From assembly GCA_951812855.1 (NCBI GenBank), contig CATOSW010000001.1:44148-76147 (forward strand): DNA of 32,000 bases, given 5' to 3'. Below the pieces are notes generated by a model. The model was not told the DNA's origin. It ran no database searches and saw only the letters and a list, made by a program, of their open reading frames with translations. Positions 9,924 to 17,395 of this stretch are shown piece by piece. Positions within the stretch are counted from its first letter, which is position 1, and every line of letters starts with the position of its first letter. The stretch is from an uncultured Lentisphaeria bacterium. Its GTDB lineage: Bacteria > Verrucomicrobiota > Lentisphaeria > JABSQK01 > JAJFLO01. Made by a program: the position numbers and the translations under genes.

Positions 9924-10647
9924 TCAACCCTTCCACGGGGAGGCTCCGTTCTTCGGCGGACAGGCCTGCTTTCGCTCCATGCGCCCGGCTTGCCCGGCCG
10001 CCAGTTCCTCAAACCGCCGCAGAGCATCGGAAAGCGTTCTGCAAGTCCATCCATGGGTTCCCCAGTGGAGGGTCGTCGGCAGACGCTCATCGCCCGTCCG
10101 CTGAACCGTGCCGTCGGGGAAGCGATAGTCTTTCTCGGTCCGACGTACGCGCATGACATCATAGCCCATAACCTCCGCATTCGAATGCACCACCGAATAC
10201 ATCACCGCGTCCCCGGACCGAGCCACCAGGTTACGCTCCAATCCGTGGCGCCGGTAATGAATGGGAATGCGTTTCACGGATGTTATGACGCCCGGTCGCG
10301 GGTTTTCCCACAAAGGGATGACCGAGAGTTTAAGGCGACTCCAAAAACGCTCACGCGCCGACTCACAAGCCTCGCCGCCGTCGGCGGCGATAAGCGGAGC
10401 GATTGACGGGCTCCCGGAATCGCCGTCGGACTCGGGAGGGCTTCTGGAACGTCTGGGGCGTGAGTTGGGGATTCTGTTGGGCGATGACAATGAAGCCCTT
10501 GCCACAAGTGGGACATGTGACGCGCCAGCCCAGGCGGGACCCATCCAGGTAGAGGAGGGCTCCACAGCACCGACACCCGGTGCGATAGCTCAAGCCGTCT
10601 CCAGCGTGAGATGGGGCGGGATCAAGCGCTTGGTTCCTTTCTTTCAT
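9924..10647 (-). pseudogene. Zinc-ribbon protein, apparently split by a frameshift near 10430-10450
   Basis: The upstream frame (10647 down to 10363) encodes CRCCGALLYLDGSRLGWRVTCPTCGKGF, then degenerates into an Arg-rich tail. The second frame, from about 10440, reads plausibly: SDGDSGSPSIAPL ... MYSVVHSNAEVMGYDVMRVRRTEKDYRFPDGT ... WGTHGWTCRTLSDALRRFEEL. The frame switch sits at a C-run. Confidence 0.4.
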
Positions 10648-10803
10648 GGGAATAGCTTATCTGGAGAGAGCCACGCGCTCGATTTCAAAACGCCCTCAAA
10701 ACGGGCCTGACCAAGTCCACTGACTAAGCAGTGAGGCTTGCCCATCCCCTCGCTTCCGAACAGGCTCCAGCGGATACCAGACCCCGCAACAGACCTCACA
10801 ATC

Positions 10804-10977
10804 ATGAAACGCGACAAAGCGACCACTCGGACTCTTGAGCGCCTCCGCCAACGAGCGGATCGGGATAAACAACGGGTCGAGGCATTGGAAGCGGGTGCAA
10901 CCCAAGCGCTGGACTGTTTGAGTAGCGGACAGCCGCAAACCGCGATCCGGGTACTTCGGCACCTCTTGGATTCATGA
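10804..10977 (+). CDS. Small helical protein translationally coupled to ssb
   Basis: MKRDKATTRTLERLRQRADRDKQRVEALEAG ... is 57 aa. Its stop overlaps the ssb start (ATGA at 10974-10977). Confidence 0.5.
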   Translation: MKRDKATTRTLERLRQRADRDKQRVEALEAGATQALDCLSSGQPQTAIRVLRHLLDS

Positions 10978-11435
10978 ATTACAACAAAGTCGTTCTCGTG
11001 GGGCGTTTGACCCGCGACCCCGAAGTGCGCTACACCACCAAAGGCGTGGCGGTGGCCACTTTTGGCCTCGCCTGCAACCGGCGTTACCGGGCTCGGGACG
11101 GCCAGCCCGCCGAGGAAACCACCTTCGTCGATGTCACCGCCTTTGGCGACACGGCCGAAGAGATGAGACAATCGCTGTCCAAGGGCTCCCCCGTCCTTCT
11201 GGAAGGCCGTCTGCGTAACGAATCATGGGTGGATCGCAACGGGCACAAGCGCAGCTTCACCAAAGTCCTTTGCGAATCCTTCAACCTCCTCGCCTCCCGA
11301 AGGGGTGACACCTCGCCCCCATCCCAGAGCCCCTCCCCCTCAAGCCCGCCGAAGCCTCAGACCGAAGCGACGAGCCCGAGCCAACCCGAGACCAGAGCCC
11401 CAAAAGGGGGCGAAGAAGACGATGTGCCCTTTTAA
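10974..11435 (+). CDS. ssb: Single-stranded DNA-binding protein
   Basis: The OB-fold N-terminus MNYNKVVLVGRLTRDPEVRYTTKGVAVATFGLA is followed by a Pro/Ser-rich linker and the acidic tip EEDDVPF. Confidence 0.93.
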   Translation: MNYNKVVLVGRLTRDPEVRYTTKGVAVATFGLACNRRYRARDGQPAEETTFVDVTAFGDTAEEMRQSLSKGSPVLLEGRLRNESWVDRNGHKRSFTKVLCESFNLLASRRGDTSPPSQSPSPSSPPKPQTEATSPSQPETRAPKGGEEDDVPF

Positions 11436-11759
11436 CGCGGTGGCTTGCACGAGCGGAGGGAGCTATCGGGACGTCGGGAGATGGTGCCGAGGAGATGCGT
11501 TCCGCAATCCGGCGAGAACCCCATGGAAAACGGATACCGCGAGCGGGCCTCGAAACACAGTCTCACGGCGGTTGCTCTGACTTATTGCCGCCCTGCAAGG
11601 CGATAACGGCTCTCGGGAAGGGCACCGAGACCGGACGGGATGACCGAGCTCAGGACGCCGCCACGCGCGGGTCCAACCCGCCGCCCAAGTGCATCACGGA
11701 CTTGCTTTGAATAACGGGCCTTGCTACTCTCGCACTCATGTTAGCCCAGAATTAAAGCT

Positions 11760-11795
11760 GAAAACCTCCGCCCTTTTTCAAGAACGGAGGTTTTC
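11760..11795. terminator. 11-bp perfect hairpin (possible terminator or origin-associated structure)
   Basis: GAAAACCTCCG (11760-11770) pairs with CGGAGGTTTTC (11785-11795) around a 14-nt loop. Nearby are an AT hairpin, CTCTTTTT/AAAAAGAG (about 11823-11842), and the palindrome AAAAATATTTTT (11891-11902). Confidence 0.5.
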
Positions 11796-12052
11796 GCAAA
11801 GCCGCTGCGAATACACAACGCCCTCTTTTTCGTAAAAAAGAGCGTAGTATCCGAGGGGGCCGAAGGCAACCGGAAAATGAGACTACGCGAAAAAATATTT
11901 TTAGAGACCGAGAGGGCGGGAACACCCCTTTTTCTTACCTCGCCTTCAGGTACGGTGCCTTTCTTTCGCGTTCCGAACCGTCTTTTCCCTGATTTCCGCG
12001 GGTTTTTCGCCCTTGGTCCCACGACAAAACCCGTGAACCGGAAGGGGGACGT

Positions 12053-12712
12053 GTGAGCAAAGGCGCTCCCACCGGTCTGCCCTCCGACCCGAGGCAGCTG
12101 CGAACGAAACTGCACATCGTCCGGGTCGGTGACTGCTTTCAAAAGACCCGCACCATCGCCAAGAAGGTCCGGCTGGCCATTAAAACCGTGACCGCCACTC
12201 TGTGCGCCCTCGTCCAAGGCGGTTGGGTCACCGCCACCCCTCGAGAAGGGAAAACCACCCTCTACCGCCAGCGGAATGCCAAGGAATACTATTTCCCGGC
12301 CTGGATCGACGACCTGGGCATGACCGCCCTTCGGACCCTTGTCGTCGGCCTTTTCTTGGTCGCCCCTACCATCTCCCGACGTCAAATCGCTAAGACCCTC
12401 CACATTTCGGTCTCCACCGTCGACCGGGCCATCGCCGACCTCGTGGCGCGGGGGTATCTCCGCATCGAGCACACTCCCGGCAAGGCCAACCGGTATGTGC
12501 TGGTCTACAACGGGGAGGACTTCATTCGCAACACTGCGTTGGTCAAAACCGAGTGCTCGAAAAAGAAAAACCAGAAACGGAAGAACAAAGAAGAGCTAAA
12601 ACCCCAGCATCACCCCATCCTTGACCGCCAGCCGGCTCCGACTGAAAAGGTCGAACAAGCCGTCTCTTTTCTAAGCGGTCTCAAAGGCCAACTCAGCGCT
12701 CTTGGACCGTAG
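12053..12712 (+). CDS. Two-winged-helix DNA-binding protein, Rep-initiator-like
   Basis: GTG start preceded by GGAAGGGGGA. There are two wHTH-like segments (TIAKKVRLAIKTVTATLCALVQGGWV and SRRQIAKTLHISVSTVDRAIADLVARGYL) and a Lys-rich tail. Phased iterons lie downstream. Confidence 0.7.
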   Translation: MSKGAPTGLPSDPRQLRTKLHIVRVGDCFQKTRTIAKKVRLAIKTVTATLCALVQGGWVTATPREGKTTLYRQRNAKEYYFPAWIDDLGMTALRTLVVGLFLVAPTISRRQIAKTLHISVSTVDRAIADLVARGYLRIEHTPGKANRYVLVYNGEDFIRNTALVKTECSKKKNQKRKNKEELKPQHHPILDRQPAPTEKVEQAVSFLSGLKGQLSALGP

Positions 12713-12928
12713 GTCCGCCCCTTTTCGCCAGCCGCTTTAGCCGGTGCCGCAGTCCTGGGCGGTAACCGGTTTTTTGCGTTTGGAGAAGGCCACACTCCCG
12801 TCCAAAGAGACTCAAAAGCGTCTTTTCCCCCTCTCCGGCTCCCTCTGAGCCCTGATTTCACGTTCCAGTCAGCCCACCCAAGCGACCCGATCCTAAAGCG
12901 AAGGTGGTTTCAAGCCCTCTCAGGGCTA

Positions 12929-12988
12929 ACCCTACCTCAAAAACGTTTTTACCCTGGCTCAAATAGAGTTCTAACCCTAGGTCAAAAA
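12929..12988 (+). repeat. Three phased iteron-like direct repeats (consensus ACCCTnnsTCAAAwA)
   Basis: ACCCTACCTCAAAAA starts at 12929, ACCCTGGCTCAAATA at 12951 and ACCCTAGGTCAAAAA at 12974, a spacing of 22-23 bp. A partial inverted copy lies at about 12990-13004. The T/A-rich tract 13071-13097 follows. Confidence 0.6.
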
Positions 12989-13098
12989 GGGGGTCCTAAG
13001 GGTTTATTATAAGTGTACACCCCTGGAAGACCGACTGATCCCACCCTTCACTCCCCCTCCAGGGCCTCGGAAATTTTTTTAAGGATTTTTTTTTAAGG

Positions 13099-13136
13099 GT
13101 CGGCGGGCCTGGGCGCTCCGCGCCCGCCGACTTTTT
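13099..13136 (+). terminator. Rho-independent terminator (bidirectional-looking)
   Basis: GTCGGCGGGC (13099-13108) pairs with GCCCGCCGAC (13122-13131), followed by TTTTT. It is preceded by a T-run, which would read as an A-run on the minus strand. Confidence 0.7.
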
Positions 13137-13509
13137 CCGGAGGGAAAGCGCTCGCGTTGGCGAGTGATTCAATCCCTTCCACAAGGGTTAGGAGACCCAT
13201 GCGGAATTCCCAACGGGAATGACTGTCACAAATGCCTCCCTCCGAATGGTGTTTGAACGTCTGTGAGGCTCGTTGGAAAGGTTTCCAGGGTAAGGAATCT
13301 CTTTTCCGGGAACGGTCGATGGGTCCGAGCCAACCCCATCGCTCTCCTTTACACGCACCGAAAAAAATCGACCTATCCGAAATACCGTATATCCGAAATC
13401 CGGAATTCGTGGATGCGCGACGGATGAAGAAAAGCGGCAGCGGGCTAGACAAAACCGGAGCCGTAAAAAAATACTGGCTCCGAAAATCCGGAAACCTGAT
13501 AGGAGCAAA

Positions 13510-13695
13510 ATGCCCCAAAAAAGAAAATCCGGTAACTATCAGCTTTGCGTCGAACTCTATCCCGAATTGTACGACGCGCTTGGGCTAAAGGCCGCGCTAC
13601 ACCGCCGCTCCGTGAGCCAGGAGGTCCGGGTGGCTCTGGCCGATTATTGCCATCCTCCCTCCCGTCAACCCGATGCCAGCCAAGAAAAAAGCTAA
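13510..13695 (+). CDS. Ribbon-helix-helix (CopG/Arc-like) small DNA-binding protein
   Basis: An AGGAG Shine-Dalgarno lies 4 nt upstream of the ATG. YQLCVELYPELYDALGLKAALHRRSVSQEVRVALADY fits a beta-strand, helix, helix pattern. Repeated TCCGAAATCCGGAA motifs lie upstream. Confidence 0.6.
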   Translation: MPQKRKSGNYQLCVELYPELYDALGLKAALHRRSVSQEVRVALADYCHPPSRQPDASQEKS

Positions 13696-13879
13696 GGCCA
13701 AGGCTCGGGGGCGCCCCCGTAAGCTCGATCCGCTCGCGAAGATTCCAGAAGAAATCCAGGCGTGTGTGCTCTCGGACATCTCTTCCGACAAGCGGCTCCG
13801 TCTTGGGGGCGGCTATCCCAGACGGGGACGTCCAGAGCCATCCGCTCGCCTTCGCGACCAAGGCCATGGTCCAGCCGTC

Positions 13880-14820
13880 GCGGAGCCAAGGCGACACCGC
13901 CGACTTGAACCGGCTGCAATATGGCGAGTCGCGCATATTGCAGCGTTTGATTCAGTCAACATGAGAATGGCGTCACAATGCGAGGTTTGGAGAGCGCGGG
14001 CGCAGGAAGCAAAAGAAGGAAGACTAGCCCTCTTCTTCGATCCATTCGAGGCTGTCAGCGGCCTCGTTGATTCGCGTCCGGATCAGATCGTTGAGTTCAG
14101 CCTTGAGCGAGGGGTCGAGACGGTCTAAGAGTTCGGCGGGGATCTTCAAAAGCCGATCCCGCAAAGCGGTAATGACGCCACGCCGCCCTCGTGGATGACC
14201 GACCGCGGCAGATAATCGCGCCGCTTGACCGCCAGTTCGAACTCGAGTTTCTCACACTCCCTGGAGGAGCTTGCGCTCTTGTAGGTCCGTCTCTTCGTGG
14301 GTTTTGGCCGGGGAGCGCCGCTTGTGGTGAACCGCTCGACAGGCCGCCCATACCGTTTTCGCGGGGTAGTGTCAGGCCCCTTTGGCCCCACGAGACAAAG
14401 GGGCAACGCCATTGCGCTTCAGGCGTCCGTGGATGGTTTTGATGGGCAATCCCAGAGCTTCAGCCAGCTGGTTCACGGTCACCGATTGTGGTCTCTTCAT
14501 CCCCAGTGGGATAGGACAACGAAGCGCACTCTCAAACAAAATCGTAGGAGTGGAACGCTCAGAATGGAACATTGGGCGAACCGGTTTTTTCGAGAAAACC
14601 CCAGCAAAAACGGCGTTTTTGACGGTTCAGGTTCTTAGAATGGAAGTCTTAAAAAAGCGGATTTCCACCTGGATTCTTCAAAATCCCCAGTAAAAACGCT
14701 GTTTTTGGCGCGTTAGGTTCTTAGCTTCTCCTTAAATTTTTACCCCTCGCGCTTTGAAATCGATCGGTGCTGGCGCGGAACCTGACCCGGGGGATGGCGA
14801 TAAAAGATTCCTTATTCCCT
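13880..14820. repeat. Right copy of the long inverted repeat, with an internal 86-bp-period duplication
   Basis: It aligns as the reverse complement of 5704-6560. It contains two copies of the roughly 40-bp motif CCCCAGyAAAAACG..GTTTTTG..GGTTCTTAG (14599-14638 and 14685-14724), where the left copy has one (5797-5836). Confidence 0.8.
13883..14500 (-). pseudogene. Decayed inverted duplicate of terS plus the first codons of terL
   Basis: The minus strand encodes MKRPQSVTVNQLAEALGLPIKTIHGRLKRNGVAPLSRGAKGA, then an in-frame TGA where the left copy has TGC. Later segments are in other frames: RECEKLEFELAVK, DRLLKIPAELLDRLDPSLKAELNDLIRTRINE, and the terL-like RDSPYCSRFKSAVSPWL. Confidence 0.75.
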
Positions 14821-15054
14821 AGGCTCCTGACCCTCGCTCAGATCCGGTCGGGAGTCTTTCAAGGTGGGCATCGCCTCCAGCCACTCTCGCACCTTGCTAA
14901 TGACGGGGTCTTTCAGGGGGCGAGCCTTGATGATACGAGCCACAGTGCTGGAGGCGACACCCACCTTGAAAGCGAATTCACGTTGCGAAAGGCCCAGTGT
15001 CTCCAGGGCTTCCTCAACTTGACGTCCCAATTGAATTCGTTCATCCCTGCGCAT
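14812..15054 (-). CDS. XRE-family HTH transcriptional regulator
   Basis: MRRDERIQLGRQVEEALETLGLSQREFAFKVGVASSTVARIIKARP is a classic XRE/Cro-type HTH. It is divergent from the ParB-like gene. Its stop codon abuts the outer edge of the right inverted repeat. Confidence 0.8.
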   Translation of the reverse strand: MRRDERIQLGRQVEEALETLGLSQREFAFKVGVASSTVARIIKARPLKDPVISKVREWLEAMPTLKDSRPDLSEGQEPRE

Positions 15055-15253
15055 AGCTTGCTTTCGGTTGTTTGGCTTTCTGACTTCGTGGTCCCGCCAG
15101 CTTTGTGACCTTGATCTCGGAGGCGGGTCAAGCGCAATAGGGTTTCGCAATCCGACAGCGTCTCTTCATCCCGAAAAGCCTTTTCAGCCTTCTGTGCTAT
15201 CGTTAGTTTTCCCTGCGTAACCCACGCACTCAAACGAGAACCGACGCTCCATC

Positions 15254-16135
15254 ATGGCAAGGAAGAGGCCCGAAGACGAGTTTCCCTTTAACGAGATCGT
15301 TCGAGTCTCTTTGAGCGAAATCTCCCCGGAAAGCAGCATCAACGTTCGGCGAACCGGAATCGAAGAAAACGTCGAACTGGTCAAATCATCGATTCAGGCC
15401 CATGGCTACTGGCCGGATGCTCCCGTGGCGCTACGGCCCCATCCCGACCCGCAGTCAGCCTATGCCTATGAAAGCGTGACCGGTCAGTGCCGGATGAAGG
15501 CTTCGTTTGCGCTGAACCTCAAGGAAATTCCGGCCATCATCGTCGATTTGGACGACGACGCGGCCCTGAAACGCTCGTTCATGGAGAACTCCAAGCGTGG
15601 GGCCTTATCCTTTCCCGACTGTACTTACTGGGTGGAAAGAAAATACAACGAACTCATGACACAGGGAATGACGAGTCAGGAGGCGTTTGAGCAAACCGCG
15701 GCCTTTTGGGATCTCACGGTGCCAAAGGCTGAGCAATACTTCACCCTGCACGCACTGCCATCCGAACTCAAAGAGATGGTGGAGCGTAAGGAATTACCGC
15801 AGAACGCCGCCCTGGCCATCGTGGAGAGTTGTCGTAACCAGTTCGACCTCAAGCAAGGCGAAGAGGCCATGAAAGAACGGGCCGAATGGTTCTGCGCCCA
15901 GGACCGGGAGCAGCGAAAACTGGCCCGCAAGGCAATGCGCGCGAGCGGACACAACGCGAGTCCGGAGGACGTGAGCCGCAAATTCGAGGAGCTGACCAGC
16001 CGGGACCATAGCACCATCCCCGTCACCCTCCCCGCCGAATCCCAGGAAAAGCTGATCCAATACGGGCAGGATCGGGGCATCTACGAACCGGCGGCCATTA
16101 TCAGTAACATCGTGGCCCAAACCCTAAGGGATTGA
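15254..16135 (+). CDS. ParB/Srx N-terminal-domain protein (divergent ParB-like)
   Basis: ISPESSINVRRTG ... VTGQCRMKASFALNLKEIPAIIVDLDDDAALKRSFMENSKRGALSFPD matches the ParB boxes: a GxxRxxA-like motif and an ENxxR motif. Confidence 0.8.
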   Translation: MARKRPEDEFPFNEIVRVSLSEISPESSINVRRTGIEENVELVKSSIQAHGYWPDAPVALRPHPDPQSAYAYESVTGQCRMKASFALNLKEIPAIIVDLDDDAALKRSFMENSKRGALSFPDCTYWVERKYNELMTQGMTSQEAFEQTAAFWDLTVPKAEQYFTLHALPSELKEMVERKELPQNAALAIVESCRNQFDLKQGEEAMKERAEWFCAQDREQRKLARKAMRASGHNASPEDVSRKFEELTSRDHSTIPVTLPAESQEKLIQYGQDRGIYEPAAIISNIVAQTLRD

Positions 16136-16878
16136 TCTCCCCCCTCTTGCTCGTGACAGAAACCCAGGCACGGGCCGTTCTGGGCGATGTGACCGGTCAT
16201 AACCCAACCGTGGTCCTCGAAGCCCTCGCCTGCCAGCCGCCTTGCGACACGTTTGAGGAACTACTCAAGCTCCTGGGCCAGGAGCGGGCAGACTTGAAAA
16301 GCGCCCACGGGAAAAAACTGCGCCGATGCCACCGTCTGACCCGTTTACCCAAAGGGATCCAGTGGAAGCTGATTCAAGGACAGATCCCGGTGGCGCAGGG
16401 CGAGTGCATCAGCCGCCTTCCCAGTGAAACCGACCAGTATGTCCTGGCGCTGGCCATCGTCAGCAGCCGCGAAAAACTGACCCTAGCTGAATGTAAAAAG
16501 ATTGTTGGGCTGGTTCTCCAAAAGCCCAACGGGAACGATCATCCTCTCACCATCCGGGAAGCCCTCGAACGGGTGGCCAGCGTTCGCTTCGACAAGCGGC
16601 CTTACATGATGGATATCCTCAGTGTCCAAGAGTGGCTTGAGGTGACTCGGGAGGCGTGGACCCGCCACTTGGAGTGGGAAAGCTTCTGCCACCTCCTGAT
16701 CACGAGGAAAGCGAGCCTTCTCTCCGACATTGAGGCGGCCGAAACCCGTCTGTCCAATCTCGGGAGCGGTTTTGAATCGTTAAGAACGAAGATTCAATCC
16801 GACATCAAAGACGTTGAAAGGCAGTTGTGCGCCATGGCGAAGGATTTGCGAAAACTCTCCGAAACGTCCGGAGACTGA
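16132..16878 (+). CDS. Hypothetical protein with ParB-HTH-like middle region and coiled-coil C-terminus, coupled to the ParB-like gene
   Basis: The TTG start overlaps the upstream stop (ATTGA). RLTRLPKGIQWKLIQGQIPVAQGECISRLPSETDQYVLALAIVSSREKLTLAECKKIV resembles the HTH portion of ParB/KorB proteins. Confidence 0.6.
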   Translation: MISPLLLVTETQARAVLGDVTGHNPTVVLEALACQPPCDTFEELLKLLGQERADLKSAHGKKLRRCHRLTRLPKGIQWKLIQGQIPVAQGECISRLPSETDQYVLALAIVSSREKLTLAECKKIVGLVLQKPNGNDHPLTIREALERVASVRFDKRPYMMDILSVQEWLEVTREAWTRHLEWESFCHLLITRKASLLSDIEAAETRLSNLGSGFESLRTKIQSDIKDVERQLCAMAKDLRKLSETSGD

Positions 16879-17395
16879 TCCGCTCCAACGGGTTTCCTTT
16901 CCCTCGCTCGGCCAATATCTCCTCTGGTATTCGTAGCCCTTTGGCTTATGCGCCAAAAAAACCGAGGTCTCCGATAAACCCTGATAGAGAAAAATAACAC
17001 GCTTGTAAATGGCCGCTCCAATCCAGGGCCCGGCCGACCCCTGGTTGGGGCGGGCGGTGCCGGGAGTCGGTTTTTAAAACAGGGAGCGTAATCGGCAGGC
17101 ATCCAACTAAAAACGCTTTCCTAAGAATCATGGAATGACAGGGAATCCAGCCACTTCGATAGGCCAAACGTGAATCCCTATTTTCCAGTGGCTTCGATCT
17201 AATCGCTGGATTCGCATGAGAGATCATCCTCTGCCGCTCCCATTTCCATCATCCCTTCGGTTCAGGCCAACAGTCTCCCCAATCATTCGCCTAAGCTTTC
17301 GGGCATTCCCTCGCGGTTTGACCACTCGGACAGCGCTAGCGACAACGGCTCTGCACGGCGTTGACCACCCATCACCTAAAAGGTAACCTGTTCCC

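Noticed and set aside
9908-9940. tRNA-like start GGCCCCGTAGCTCAA followed by ...CCACGGGG
   Set aside because: Only the acceptor and D-arm beginning resembles a tRNA. No D-stem closure, anticodon arm or GTTCRAnnC T-loop follows, so no cloverleaf can be drawn. It might be a fragment, but that is not supportable.
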